Shown piece by piece: positions 10,250 to 20,860 of a stretch of 64,000 nt of DNA. The first letter of the stretch is position 1. Each line of letters opens with the position of its first letter. Below the pieces are notes generated by a model. That model ran no database searches, was not told the origin of the DNA, and worked only from the letters and a program-made list of their open reading frames with translations. The DNA is taken from the IMG/VR virus record IMGVR_UViG_3300021431_000084. The stretch is one strand, 5' to 3'. A program made the position numbers and the translations under genes. The DNA comes from a virus (taxonomy: Duplodnaviria; Caudoviricetes).

Positions 10250-11464
10250 TTAAACAGTAGGTTTTGGATAAATAGCTTCCATATCATAGTAAGCATTTTG
10301 AATTTCTGTCCAACAGTTTCTAGTAGAACTTTGTAAAGTTGGAAGATGTTCTGTTTTAGTAAAATCACGAACATATGTTTTAATGTTTACTAATGCTTCA
10401 TCAAGATTACCTTTTAAAGTTTCACCAAGGCTATGATAAGTAGCATTTTCTTCTTCATCTGGTAATTCAACATCTACTGAATAAGTATAATAATCTTTAT
10501 AGAAATTATAACCAAAATCAGATGCAGTAGGTTGGCATAAGAACTTGAATAATAAGTTCTCAAAACCATCAATAACATTAAGCAATCCTTCTGCTTCCAG
10601 CATAGCCACATCTATTGCCGTCATATTAGCAGCGGTTTGAGTAGTATCATAATCGTCAAATGTCTTTTTAACTGTTCCTGTTGGATTATTTTCATCTTCA
10701 AGATACAAACCAAGTCTATTAATATGAGTACCATACAATGCAGCGCACTGAGGATAATCTGTACCGAGGTTTGGTTCACCGGGATGTTGAGTTAAATATT
10801 CATAGATACTATTTCTTGCAGTCTTACAAGCATTAAAATCATTAAGTTGATTAGTATATGGATCATCCCAACCAATAATATATCTAATAGGAAGATATTT
10901 AGCAATAAAAGCTTCTCTTGCAGCATCCCATTCGCTTCTTCTAGTTTCTGGAAGAGGCATATCTGCCCAAGTTTGCATTTGATGACCAAGTTCTGACATT
11001 GTATTTATATCTTCAATAGGAATTTGCTTTTCCTCATGTACTCTTTCGGCTTCAGCAGCAACATATACATAATTGTAGTGATGATTATCTGTTCTTGTAA
11101 TTGTAGCCATAAAATCTTGCATTTCACGTTCAAAAAGAACATCTGAATTTTTATCAGCTTTTACATTACCTTGGTTATCAACATAGAGTCTATAATAAGT
11201 ATATCCACCTCCTTGTTCTTCTTGACCAAGAATAAGTGTAGTGAATACATTATTATCTCTTGCATCTTGAATTTGTCTCTCAATTGTTTTATGTTCACTA
11301 CCAACAGTAAAACGAGAGAAAAAAGCTTGAAGAATATTAGATAAACTTGTACTTTTTGAACGTCTAATTTGGTTTGTGTCTTGTGAACTTAATTCTATTA
11401 AATCAGATGTATATAACTGATCACTTGAGGAAGCAGGAAGGTCATATATTTTCTTATTTGCCAT
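10250..11464 (-). CDS. Putative tail-associated structural protein
   Basis: N-terminal KKIYDLP...DLIELS motif shared with 13837 and 14726; last gene of the operon, terminator at 10215-10243. Confidence 0.55.
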   Translation of the reverse strand: MANKKIYDLPASSSDQLYTSDLIELSSQDTNQIRRSKSTSLSNILQAFFSRFTVGSEHKTIERQIQDARDNNVFTTLILGQEEQGGGYTYYRLYVDNQGNVKADKNSDVLFEREMQDFMATITRTDNHHYNYVYVAAEAERVHEEKQIPIEDINTMSELGHQMQTWADMPLPETRRSEWDAAREAFIAKYLPIRYIIGWDDPYTNQLNDFNACKTARNSIYEYLTQHPGEPNLGTDYPQCAALYGTHINRLGLYLEDENNPTGTVKKTFDDYDTTQTAANMTAIDVAMLEAEGLLNVIDGFENLLFKFLCQPTASDFGYNFYKDYYTYSVDVELPDEEENATYHSLGETLKGNLDEALVNIKTYVRDFTKTEHLPTLQSSTRNCWTEIQNAYYDMEAIYPKPTV

Positions 11465-11477
11465 TTATTTAACCTCC

Positions 11478-13112
11478 TTATACTTGTGTAAGTGTATATT
11501 GAATTTGCATCGCTTGGTCTTCTGTCTTAGAGACAGGTGACGCAAGATTATTAATTGTTGCGAGATATGGAGTAAAGAGATAAGTAGTAAAGAATTCCTC
11601 TCTTGCACCACTACCAATGCCAATATCATTCGCTCTAGCTTCAACCAACCATAAAGGTGAAATTGGATTAGGTTCTACAAATTTAGCGAAAAATCTACTT
11701 TCATATTCAGAAGTTTCAATGTCAATTCCTGACCTGTAATAACTAGAAGGATAAAGCTTATCATTATTTATACACCAGCCATTACAACTATAATAATTAC
11801 CCACCCAACGAGTCATCGCAGTAGTATGTGAATAATGTCCAGCATAAAAAGTAAACAAAGGATGATCAGTTGCTGGATTTTGAACCTGTTCTATTTGAGT
11901 AGTCGTACCAGTACTTATATTTACCTTTCTTAAATATTGGAAGCCGTATTGATCAGTATAATAAATTGGATAATAAAATGAATTATCATGAATAGGAATT
12001 TTAGGATTATATTGACTATAAATTTCACTGCTTGCAAACATTTCATCATAAGAAGCAATACTTTGATTTAATAAAGTAATGTCAATTTCATCATTAGCAT
12101 TTATTGCAAATTCATACATTTGACATTTATTTACATCTACATTTGGTTCTCCCCTAAACAAGACAACCCATCTATTATTATCTGGATCAGGATACATAAT
12201 TGGCACAGGACAATATTCAGGGGTATAATTAGTATTGTGAACACTATTCCAAGTTAAATCATAAGTTTTGTAAAAAATTCTTACATTATCCTTATATTGC
12301 GACCATGTATTGTAGTATGGATAATCATTTAAACCATAGTTAAGAGGATTTATTTTTATTTTTGTAAAAGTAAAATGCCAAATTCGTGTTTGACCCCAAC
12401 TATCACTTCTACCAGGAGCACGTTCTCCATATTCACCCCAGACTTGTAAACCATATCCATAATTTGTATTATAGTCATACCATTGATAACCAATATTTTG
12501 ATTTGGATTTACTGTATAAAGATAATTAAAATCTGTATTTCTTGAAAAATGTCTACCATTAGTTATATTTATAAAATTATAACAATTGTCAAGATTTTGA
12601 TTGGCAGTTAAACCAACATTTCCTCCCCATTTAGAAGTTAAACACACAGATTGAATAATTCCATTACCTTTATCAGGTCCAAAGTCCCAAATATAGGTGT
12701 AACTATTTCTATCGGCTCCTTGTGCTGAAAGGTTTGAAAGTGTTCCAAGTTTTGGGTTGAGAACTGCGGCGTTGGTGTTGTAACCCGCATGGGCCACTAA
12801 ACGATTTTCGTTTTCACAAGGCGGATAAATATTATCAGCATTTTCCGTAATAGGATTTTCAAAACACATTACTCCACCAAATAATTGTCTAATAGGAAGA
12901 AGCAAATTATTACCAAAACAGATATTACCAAAATAATTGGTTCTAAACATATTTGGAACCGCATTGGTAATCATATTGTCTTTTTCAATAATATCATTTA
13001 TTTTACCCGACTTGGCATCGGTTAAAATAATTTTTGTATGTCCCTTAATTTCTGGCAAAGAGGGACCTGCATGTCCCAAAGTAGGGACAGGTATATCATT
13101 ACTTATTTTCAT
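11478..13112 (-). CDS. Putative tail/baseplate receptor-binding protein
   Basis: KGHTKIIL...N.IT N-terminus, WDFG....NG.I..VCLT, C-terminal LATINNLASPVSKT....M.IQYTL; aromatic/Asn-rich beta centre. Confidence 0.6.
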   Translation of the reverse strand: MKISNDIPVPTLGHAGPSLPEIKGHTKIILTDAKSGKINDIIEKDNMITNAVPNMFRTNYFGNICFGNNLLLPIRQLFGGVMCFENPITENADNIYPPCENENRLVAHAGYNTNAAVLNPKLGTLSNLSAQGADRNSYTYIWDFGPDKGNGIIQSVCLTSKWGGNVGLTANQNLDNCYNFINITNGRHFSRNTDFNYLYTVNPNQNIGYQWYDYNTNYGYGLQVWGEYGERAPGRSDSWGQTRIWHFTFTKIKINPLNYGLNDYPYYNTWSQYKDNVRIFYKTYDLTWNSVHNTNYTPEYCPVPIMYPDPDNNRWVVLFRGEPNVDVNKCQMYEFAINANDEIDITLLNQSIASYDEMFASSEIYSQYNPKIPIHDNSFYYPIYYTDQYGFQYLRKVNISTGTTTQIEQVQNPATDHPLFTFYAGHYSHTTAMTRWVGNYYSCNGWCINNDKLYPSSYYRSGIDIETSEYESRFFAKFVEPNPISPLWLVEARANDIGIGSGAREEFFTTYLFTPYLATINNLASPVSKTEDQAMQIQYTLTQV

Positions 13113-13814
13113 TTAATTCCCTCCTTGTTGTGTTAATACTATATCTATTGAACTATTATTTTCTATAAATACACTACAACCCGTGTCTTCGGTTGTTGTG
13201 TAGCTAGAATCTAACAGATTAGTCAATTCCATTTCAAAATGAATACCAAGTTCGTCTATTGAATATTTATGATTTACATTGGTTGTATCATAAACTAAAG
13301 CAGAAGGGTTTAATTTCATTCCTTCATATATAGAAACTGATAAATCAATATTATCTAAAGAATCCACATCTTTTAATTGTTTATTTATTGGTAAAAAGAA
13401 ATGTAAAGTATAAACTCCTGTATTTTTATATTTCAAAATTCCACTATAAATTTGTTTTGATAATTCAATAGTTTCTCCATCTTGAACAAAAACATCTTCA
13501 AGAGCAGTTTTTATATTACCAATATCTGTTGTATTTGTTTCAATAGCGGGTGTAATTGCATTATTCAAATAGGTTGCAATAGTGGTAAAAGTACCACCAA
13601 TTCTTCCTTCCAAACCATTTAAATTAGTACAACTAATAGGTGTACCAGGACGACTTACCGTTCCATCTGAACGCTGAACATCAACTACTAAGGTCTGAAC
13701 ATTTAAGCCAGAACCTTCAAAATTTTGAATTGTAAGTTGTCTTCTGATAGGATTTTCCGCTATTCTTGTTTGCCATTGAAAGGGTTGCCAACCCGGATCA
13801 AATGTACCGGCCAT
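13113..13814 (-). CDS. Putative tail/baseplate protein
   Basis: W..R.AE.P.RR...G.V...GTP.S..NLN.LE.RI N-terminus of the kind seen in phage tail proteins. Confidence 0.5.
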   Translation of the reverse strand: MAGTFDPGWQPFQWQTRIAENPIRRQLTIQNFEGSGLNVQTLVVDVQRSDGTVSRPGTPISCTNLNGLEGRIGGTFTTIATYLNNAITPAIETNTTDIGNIKTALEDVFVQDGETIELSKQIYSGILKYKNTGVYTLHFFLPINKQLKDVDSLDNIDLSVSIYEGMKLNPSALVYDTTNVNHKYSIDELGIHFEMELTNLLDSSYTTTEDTGCSVFIENNSSIDIVLTQQGGN

Positions 13815-13836
13815 TTTTCGCCTTTACCTCCTTATA

Positions 13837-14721
13837 TTAAAATAATCCACAGGTTATGCAAGTTGCACCATCTGTAATCTCGTTTTCATTGTCATATAGG
13901 TCATCTCCTGCATCATAGGCACCCTCTGCCGCATTATTACCATTACATCCCCTTAAAACATAGTCCAGAGTCCAAACAGAAGGAGTGACAAGACCTGAAT
14001 CCTGAATTCCTTGAAAAGTTTGTGTTTCTGAAAAATAAGGAATATTTTCATAGTAATGCCCTTTAATCGAAAGTATGTCAGCATTAACACTTGGTTGAGA
14101 AATTGCAAATGGCTTAATTGTTTGTTGGTCACTAAATCTACCAACTTCTAATTCCATTCCAATTGTACCATCCCAACGCTGTTCTTCAGAGAAACCAATT
14201 ACTGTAAGAACTGTAACCGATGAGTTTCTTTCAACTACACCAGTTCCGCCTTCTAATCGAATATAAACTTCCCATCTATATTGTGTTTCAGCGACAAGAG
14301 AAGGAATATGATAACCAAGGTTTAAAGTATGATAACCATCACTTTTCCATGTTTCTATTGGTGTTCTACTCATTTCTGTACCATTCAAGCGATAAGAAAT
14401 ATAAGCAACAATTTGAGTAGAACCTTCATTGAATGTCGTGTTTATTGTTGTTTCTGTCCAGTTATCTACATCAGTATCTCTATTAAGAGAAAAACTTAAT
14501 TTATTAATCATCATATTTGATGTAGAAACTGGAATATCATAAGCATTAGCCTGATAGAAGAATCCTAATTGAGTATTAACACCCAAAGCCTCTCCTAACT
14601 GACCTAAACTCATTTTGTTAGAAAGTATACCCCCAAAACGAGGTTGAGAGATTTCTAACATATCACTTGTATTTAAGTCTTCAGCAGAACTTAATTCTGA
14701 TATTTTAACTAAATCTGACAT
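13837..14721 (-). CDS. Putative tail protein, paralog of 14726..15295
   Basis: KISEL..AEDL...DMLEISQ N-terminus; shares Y.LNG....R.P..T....GYHT.NLG with the neighbouring gene. Confidence 0.55.
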   Translation of the reverse strand: MSDLVKISELSSAEDLNTSDMLEISQPRFGGILSNKMSLGQLGEALGVNTQLGFFYQANAYDIPVSTSNMMINKLSFSLNRDTDVDNWTETTINTTFNEGSTQIVAYISYRLNGTEMSRTPIETWKSDGYHTLNLGYHIPSLVAETQYRWEVYIRLEGGTGVVERNSSVTVLTVIGFSEEQRWDGTIGMELEVGRFSDQQTIKPFAISQPSVNADILSIKGHYYENIPYFSETQTFQGIQDSGLVTPSVWTLDYVLRGCNGNNAAEGAYDAGDDLYDNENEITDGATCITCGLF

Positions 14722-14725
14722 TTTA

Positions 14726-15295
14726 TCAACCTCCTACTGTTTGGCATACACAAATGCATTTATATGGATCTACTATACAGGTTCCGCCTTCCGCCCTCAT
14801 ATACACACCAAAAGTATATTCTTCTTCTGGTCTAAGCATTGCGGATATTGCACCTAAATTAACCGTATGATAGCCGCCAACATCAAAAGTAACAACTGGT
14901 CGTCTACCAATAATTGCACCATTTAGTACATAAGCTACTTGTAAAGTTATTTTATCTGAACCTTCAGGCATATATGTTCTAAATTGAACTTCGCACCACG
15001 CATCCCAGTTTGTCCAATTTTCTAATTCATCATTTTTAGATTGAGGAGAAAAAGTTACATTTACAACTGGTCGTAAGATATCATCTGGATAAAAACCAAT
15101 TTCAAGTTCATTAGTTCCAGTATAGTAACCTAATGAAGTCATTTTCTTATACTTGTTTTCAAGTTGCTCTAAAGTTACTTTCTTTGTAATAAAATCATAC
15201 TCTGGATTTTCTGTATTTACTTGAGAGATTTCAAACATATCTTGATAAGCTAAATCATTAGCTGAATTTAAATCAGATATTTTAAGTTTATCCAT
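14726..15295 (-). CDS. Putative tail protein, paralog of 13837..14721
   Basis: Same KISDL and GYHTVNLG motifs. Confidence 0.55.
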   Translation of the reverse strand: MDKLKISDLNSANDLAYQDMFEISQVNTENPEYDFITKKVTLEQLENKYKKMTSLGYYTGTNELEIGFYPDDILRPVVNVTFSPQSKNDELENWTNWDAWCEVQFRTYMPEGSDKITLQVAYVLNGAIIGRRPVVTFDVGGYHTVNLGAISAMLRPEEEYTFGVYMRAEGGTCIVDPYKCICVCQTVGG

Positions 15296-15377
15296 AACTT
15301 TCCTCCTTTATCTCAATATTTCTCTATAAAATATGAAAAAAAAGAGGGGTAGATTATAAAAATCTACCCCTATATAA

Positions 15378-15563
15378 TTAGGCTTTTTCTTCCCAAACTT
15401 TCTCAGAAGAAAGTATATAAGTTTTTGAATTTTCAATACAAAATATTTCACTACCCGGTACGATGCCTTCAGTTGGAGCTGTTTCAATATCAGAGGCATT
15501 GTCCGCGCAGAATTTTTTAATACCATGAGCAATATGATTTCCATTCTGTGTGATTGAATACAT
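15378..15563 (-). CDS. 61-aa protein homologous to the N-terminus of the 973-aa adhesin
   Basis: GIKKFCAD..SDI....PGS.IF.I...KTY..S....W.E matches the N-terminus of 29853..32774; AGGAGG RBS. Confidence 0.7.
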   Translation of the reverse strand: MYSITQNGNHIAHGIKKFCADNASDIETAPTEGIVPGSEIFCIENSKTYILSSEKVWEEKA

Positions 15564-15601
15564 TTATCATTCCTCCTTTTTGTAAATTTTACTTTCATAG
15601 A

Positions 15602-15642
15602 ATTTGAAATTTTATAAATATAAGTTTATACTTTCTGTCCAA
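15602..15642 (-). promoter_or_regulatory. Candidate late promoter TTGGACAG-N25-TTTCA
   Basis: Identical spacing at 32813-32850, 44308-44345 and 8949-8986. Confidence 0.55.
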
Positions 15643-15662
15643 ATAAAAAAAGGACGGAAGGA

Positions 15663-16235
15663 TTAAACCATTCCGCCCATTATCTTATTATATTCTTCTG
15701 TAACTTCTCTTTCTATTTGCTCTATTGGAACCGGCTTTAAATCATGTGCATCAACCTCACAATGATATATTAAACTTTTATTAAAATCAAGAAATCTATC
15801 TTGTGTATGGCGATGACCACACAAGTTAATAATTCGTCTTTCTAATGGCTTCTCATAATCATAATTTTCTGTTATTGTTGGATAATGAGTTAACCAAAAG
15901 GAAAAACCATTATGTTTAAGAGCAATTACTGGTTTAATTTCTACAATTTGTTTTAATTTAAGATATTCTTGTATCTTCTTTTCTGAGTCATGATTGCCTA
16001 TAACTACATGGATACGACCATTTAATCTTCGTATTTTATTCAAACCATCTTGTATATCGCGTCCAAATACCAAGTCACCAAGAACATATACATCATCATC
16101 CCATCCAACTACCTTATTATGATTTTCTATAACTGCTTTATTCATTTCTTCCACATTGGCACAACCACGAGGGCCCCATATAAAGTTGCGGTCGTGATTA
16201 AAATGCCAATCACTTGTTACATAAATAGCACTCAC
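15663..16235 (-). CDS. Calcineurin-like metallophosphoesterase
   Basis: SDWHFNH, LGD, GNHD, THYP, GHRH motifs. Confidence 0.88.
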   Translation of the reverse strand: MSAIYVTSDWHFNHDRNFIWGPRGCANVEEMNKAVIENHNKVVGWDDDVYVLGDLVFGRDIQDGLNKIRRLNGRIHVVIGNHDSEKKIQEYLKLKQIVEIKPVIALKHNGFSFWLTHYPTITENYDYEKPLERRIINLCGHRHTQDRFLDFNKSLIYHCEVDAHDLKPVPIEQIEREVTEEYNKIMGGMV

Positions 16236-16250
16236 TTATTCTTCACCTCT

Positions 16251-16631
16251 TTACCAATACCTTGTTCCACAAAATTCACAATAATTGTCTTTTCCTATTC
16301 TGCCTCCGCAACAAGAACATATCGCGGGAGTGAGTCGAGCCTGCGGCTTACTCTTACCCTCAAGGAAGTACATAGCATCATTGTTCTTTTCTTCATATGA
16401 AAGTGCATCATAATCATCTTGTGTCTTTTCTGTTATATGAAACATTGTATTATCAAAACCAAAAGCCTTAGCAAAAGAAGAACTAAATTGTTCTGCTGTT
16501 ACTGTAAAAGTAGTCGAAAAACCATCTACCGCTTTTACGAAATCATCTAAGACTCCCTCTAATTCAAAACTCGTGCGGCGCGGCGTTCCCGGGATCTTCA
16601 TGACCAAGGACCGCACTCTCCCTTTAGACAT
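16251..16631 (-). CDS. Hypothetical protein with C-terminal Zn ribbon
   Basis: CSCCGG...CEFCGT. Confidence 0.55.
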   Translation of the reverse strand: MSKGRVRSLVMKIPGTPRRTSFELEGVLDDFVKAVDGFSTTFTVTAEQFSSSFAKAFGFDNTMFHITEKTQDDYDALSYEEKNNDAMYFLEGKSKPQARLTPAICSCCGGRIGKDNYCEFCGTRYW

Positions 16632-17075
16632 TATCTTTGTCTCCTCTCGCGAATCGTTCTTCTGTATACTCGACACTACAAATATAGCAAAGCCACGATT
16701 TACAAGGCTTATCAGTATAAGGGCATATACCCTTAAAATACTCTTGACTTCCTATATTATTCATTATCTCTCTCCTTTTGTACATTGGCAAAATATACAC
16801 ATCCATTAACATCACCTATTTTATCTCGGTATGGATGTGTACATCCGTGAAATGACATAAAAACGCACGGTACACATTTGTCATAATTTGCATAAGCACC
16901 ATAATTTTTATTGCTCATTCTTCACCTCTCAGCCAGCCAATACTAATTGACCATTTAATAAGATTAATAAACAGGTATGTTTCATCAAAGGAATGTGTTA
17001 TACAAGAACCAATACTCCACATCTTTTCCCATTGTTTATCAATTTTAATTCTGAATTTACATTTACTTTCGGGCA

Positions 17076-17354
17076 TTATATATCTCCTCCCATATCCGCA
17101 CTACAATTGGGACAAGTTTTATAATTGTCCATACATACTCCTGTTTCGGCATCCCAACTAAACTCTGTTTGACAATTAGAACATACTACCATATCAAATG
17201 ATCTATCTTTTGCAATTACTCGTCTATGAATCCAATACCCTGTTGGTCTTCCGGATATTCTTATACCTTGATTAACTCCATCTTTAAAACCTTCGTTATA
17301 GGCTTTATATTCTGCCCTGATTAATTCGCTTTTACTAATTAAATCATCACTCAT
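17076..17354 (-). CDS. Zn-ribbon hypothetical (G.W...CSNC...CPNC family)
   Basis: C-terminal domain shared with 17781 and 18451. Confidence 0.6.
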   Translation of the reverse strand: MSDDLISKSELIRAEYKAYNEGFKDGVNQGIRISGRPTGYWIHRRVIAKDRSFDMVVCSNCQTEFSWDAETGVCMDNYKTCPNCSADMGGDI

Positions 17355-17625
17355 TTTCTGCCACTTTCGTTGCTATATAGATTAACCCCTTAGTATAATC
17401 CATATCTTTTATTTCTTCCTTATACTCCTCGTATTCTTCTGGTATATTATCATAACCAAAGCCGCACTCAACCGCCCAACTAAGTAAAAGTCTTAATCCT
17501 TCATTCTCTTTAAGTGCTTCAACAGCAAGATTATAGGCCTCTTGCTGTTTTAAATATTCGTTATATGAACGTGTACTTGTTGCGAATGGTCGAATTAAAT
17601 ATTTATTAGCTTCTTTACTTGTCAT
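17347..17625 (-). CDS. Hypothetical protein
   Basis: Start/stop coupling with neighbours, RBS. Confidence 0.55.
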   Translation of the reverse strand: MTSKEANKYLIRPFATSTRSYNEYLKQQEAYNLAVEALKENEGLRLLLSWAVECGFGYDNIPEEYEEYKEEIKDMDYTKGLIYIATKVAENE

Positions 17626-17780
17626 TATTTATTTCCTCTCGATTTATATGTTTTACAATCAATGGACAGTTTAATGAAGTAAATTCTAATTTACAACTAA
17701 ATTTTTCATCTATATATTGTTGATTTTCAAAATATGATTTAACACATAAAGGACATTTTAAGCAGTTACCTGTTTCATAA

Positions 17781-18200
17781 TCATCTGGAACATTGAGAAT
17801 CGCTATTAAGGTTGCTTGTTTCATTCTTCTTCTCCTCTCTCATGTCAGCCCCGCAATTAGGACAGAAATCAGACAATAATTCGACCTCATTAACAAGAAC
17901 TTGTGCTGAATCGTGGCAACAGGAACATTCGTGTCTATTAGGAGAGGCAATATAATTTCCTGCTTCTTCCCACGTTATCCACTCACCGTGAAGTCTTTCT
18001 TCCATTGGCCCCTTTTGGTGTCTTATATCATCAAACCATAAAACAGTTACACATTCATTCATTGGAATAATTTTCTGAATATGAAACATAGCTTGTTCCA
18101 TATTCTTAAATGCACCGTCTTTTGTTGCTAATGCAACTTCTTGGTCAAGATTTATATCAGGATTATTAAGTAATTCAATTATCAATTCTCTTCCTGTCAT
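17781..18200 (-). CDS. Zn-ribbon hypothetical (CPNCGADM family)
   Basis: HGEW...CSCC...FCPNCGADM. Confidence 0.6.
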   Translation of the reverse strand: MTGRELIIELLNNPDINLDQEVALATKDGAFKNMEQAMFHIQKIIPMNECVTVLWFDDIRHQKGPMEERLHGEWITWEEAGNYIASPNRHECSCCHDSAQVLVNEVELLSDFCPNCGADMREEKKNETSNLNSDSQCSR

Positions 18201-18450
18201 TCCTTATTTTCCTTGCTGGTCTTGTATTAAGTTATTAAGTTCAATTAAAAGTTTAGCCTGTTCTTCTGTATATGCTTCTTTTCCTGACTCGTCCCAGTCT
18301 TCAATCAGACCATTTTCATCTAACAAGCCAAATTCACAACAACCAATAGCTTGTGGGTTGCTTTTGCGTGGTTTACATTCGTTGATATATTTACAATCTT
18401 CACAACAAAATGTCATTCTTTATCACCTCTCCAAATCTGCCCATTCCTCA

Positions 18451-18861
18451 TCACCTTATCAATAGATAAATAATAAGAATAAATTCTATTATATTGACAA
18501 CTATACTACATATTCTTAAAATTTTATCCCCATAATAATAAACTTTATTTTGAATTTCAAGTTTATATATAGTTTTTCTCTTATTCATCCGCTTATCTCT
18601 TTGTCTCATATCTGCTCCACAAGTCGGACAAAAGTCTAATATTTTATTGGGGTCTAAATATTGTCCACAATTAGAACATATCAAGTATTTAGTACCTTTA
18701 CATTTCATCCAATGTCCCGTTGGTTTTGCGTGTCTTTCTTCATAAAGTTTACCATTACGAATTGCTCGGTCAATTGCTTCTCTGTCTTCCGAACTTGTTT
18801 CAACTCCATTATCAAATAATCGAGTAAATGCATTTTCATCAAGATCAATTACAATTTTCAT
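18451..18861 (-). CDS. Zn-ribbon hypothetical (CPTCGADM family)
   Basis: TGHW...CSNCG...FCPTCGADM. Confidence 0.6.
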   Translation of the reverse strand: MKIVIDLDENAFTRLFDNGVETSSEDREAIDRAIRNGKLYEERHAKPTGHWMKCKGTKYLICSNCGQYLDPNKILDFCPTCGADMRQRDKRMNKRKTIYKLEIQNKVYYYGDKILRICSIVVNIIEFILIIYLLIR

Positions 18862-19208
18862 TTCTGTATTCCCTTCTTCTTAACAAAGTATTTACAGTTT
18901 TGAATAGGAACACATTCTCCTGCATATTGACAGTAATCGTCTATCGCATCCTCGTATAAATCGCAATTATAGCAATTTTTGCTACCATTACACCCAGCAC
19001 AGTGCCAGTATACATAGTCATTACAATGGTGTTTACGTTCACAAGTTTCTTCTCGATATGGTTCGTATCCAATATCTAAAGGCTTAATGGGTTTAACATC
19101 TTTACCTTCGGATAAACAGGTGAAAGCAGACAAAATATCATTACCACTATAAATGCTATGCCCGGCAACTAATCTATAAACATCATCTATATCAATTGCT
19201 TTTTTCAT
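18858..19208 (-). CDS. Cys-rich hypothetical protein
   Basis: First ORF after the sigma-A promoter at about 19285-19312; GGAG RBS. Confidence 0.55.
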   Translation of the reverse strand: MKKAIDIDDVYRLVAGHSIYSGNDILSAFTCLSEGKDVKPIKPLDIGYEPYREETCERKHHCNDYVYWHCAGCNGSKNCYNCDLYEDAIDDYCQYAGECVPIQNCKYFVKKKGIQK

Positions 19209-19489
19209 TCTTTTCTCCTTCTATTGGTTCTCCGTATTACATACTCACTTGTTATTCTTATTCTATTCTATCTTCATATATATATTATAACATATTTTTA
19301 TTTGTTTGTCAAGAGAAATTTTTACAAAAATTTATAAAATCATTCTTATTTGGACAATTTACTCTCAAAATTTTGAAGAGTGTTTTTTGTCTGTGAGACG
19401 ATTTGTGCGCTTGGGCGCGGCGCGAGCAACCCATGAAAACTTTTTTATTAAATAAAAAAAGGGGAGATTTCAATTAAGAAATCTCCCTT

Positions 19490-19562
19490 TGGAGTGCCCC
19501 GTGGGAGTTGAACCCACCCCAACGATTTTGCAGACCGCTTGCCCTCCGCGAACATGAGGCAC
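19490..19562 (-). tRNA. tRNA-Cys(GCA), atypical short D-loop, outside main cluster
   Basis: GTGCCTC/GGGGCAC acceptor, CTGCAAA loop, GTGGG-TTCAACT-CCCAC T-arm, U73, encoded CCA. Confidence 0.75.
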
Positions 19563-19564
19563 AT

Positions 19565-19673
19565 TTTGGGTAAGGATTTGCACCTTACATGAGGTCATCC
19601 ATTCTTTATTTACACCGTCCTCAGACCTCTTAATGCACGGTCACGAACTGTGTCTACCTATTCCGCCACCAAA
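19565..19673 (-). ncRNA. Anticodon-less tRNA-like RNA, copy A
   Basis: GTGGCGGAATAGGTAGACAC D-arm...GTAAGG-TGCAAAT-CCTTAC T-arm; homologous to 33826 and 34318. Confidence 0.65.
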
Positions 19674-19893
19674 GTTTATTATTCTAACTTATCATCATAA
19701 TCATCAACATAAAATCTATCATCATCATAATAAGTGCTTAACATATATCTTAAATCAAAGGCTAAATCTTGGATATGTAATTCCCGACTTTCATTTTCTA
19801 TTTTAGTCAAACCACTCCAACATCTTTCTATAAGAGCATCACGATTATCAGCACCCAATTTATTGTTTAATTGATATTTAGTTCTCATAATAA

Positions 19894-20403
19894 TTACTCC
19901 CAATCAATATCTTTCTTCAAAAGCTCCATAATAATTAGGTTACGATAATTACCTGTTCTATCTCTCATGTAACCTGTGAGCTGGATCTTGTTCTTCTCAT
20001 AGGCGCCGGCCGCAAACTCCACTATCTTTTGGTATCCTAAGCCTGCTTTATTATCGCTTACATATCTAAATTCAATTCTACGAGGATTGAGATATAAAAT
20101 CTGTTTAATAATATCTACAATACCTAATGCCATTGTCATTTTATATTTACTATTTTGATTAAAACAAATTAAACCAAAATTACAAACTTGATGTGAATAA
20201 AAGTCAACTCTATAACTAACATATCCAACAATCTCACCATCCTCTTGGTTTACAATAGCAAATTGATATTTTCCATCTTCTTCTTTCATGGTCCATTCAT
20301 AGTTCTCAATACACCCATTATAGAAGATGATTTCATCAGTATATAAATAGTTTTTAAATAAGGCTTCAACTTCACTCTTGCGGCTTATGGCTGGAACTAA
20401 CAT
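19894..20403 (-). CDS. GNAT (RimJ/RimL-like) acetyltransferase-fold protein
   Basis: FAIV...GEIVGYVSY, R.IEF..V..N.A...Y.K, G..RD..G.Y....I.E pattern. Confidence 0.6.
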   Translation of the reverse strand: MLVPAISRKSEVEALFKNYLYTDEIIFYNGCIENYEWTMKEEDGKYQFAIVNQEDGEIVGYVSYRVDFYSHQVCNFGLICFNQNSKYKMTMALGIVDIIKQILYLNPRRIEFRYVSDNKAGLGYQKIVEFAAGAYEKNKIQLTGYMRDRTGNYRNLIIMELLKKDIDWE

Positions 20404-20584
20404 AAATATCTATTCTCTCCTCGACCTTCATTATCTTATCAACACAATAATCTATGTATTCATAAGGTACATCTTTTACAAAACCTCTAAATACAAGTTC
20501 ACCCGAATAATGAATTCCAATTTTATCTCCAAGTTTTGGAATTAAATTAAGTAAATCGCCAAGTTGAATTATTTTATACTCCAT
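20372..20584 (-). CDS. Small paralog family (L..LL..I...F.G...DVPY)
   Basis: Pattern shared with 20594, 53925 and 58924. Confidence 0.55.
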   Translation of the reverse strand: MEYKIIQLGDLLNLIPKLGDKIGIHYSGELVFRGFVKDVPYEYIDYCVDKIMKVEERIDIYVSSSHKPQE

Positions 20585-20593
20585 ATTTACTCC

Positions 20594-20857
20594 TTAAATT
20601 ATACTAATTATTAGGCAAGGTATTGTTTGTCCTTCATATTCCATAGATTTAACCCAACACTTACTTACACTATATGGTTCTGAATATTTAAAAGGTACAT
20701 CGCCTGCTTTTCCAATAAATTCTATATTATCTCTTGTTGTTTCAAAGGAATAATTAGTTGAGCAATGAGTTAACACAACCATTTCTTCCCAAGAAATTCG
20801 AGTTAATAATTCTTTTAAAGGCAAATAATCTTCTTCAATAGTTAAACAAGCCGCCAT
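20594..20857 (-). CDS. Small paralog family member
   Basis: LKELL..I...FIGKAGDVPF. Confidence 0.5.
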   Translation of the reverse strand: MAACLTIEEDYLPLKELLTRISWEEMVVLTHCSTNYSFETTRDNIEFIGKAGDVPFKYSEPYSVSKCWVKSMEYEGQTIPCLIISII

Positions 20858-20860
20858 AAT

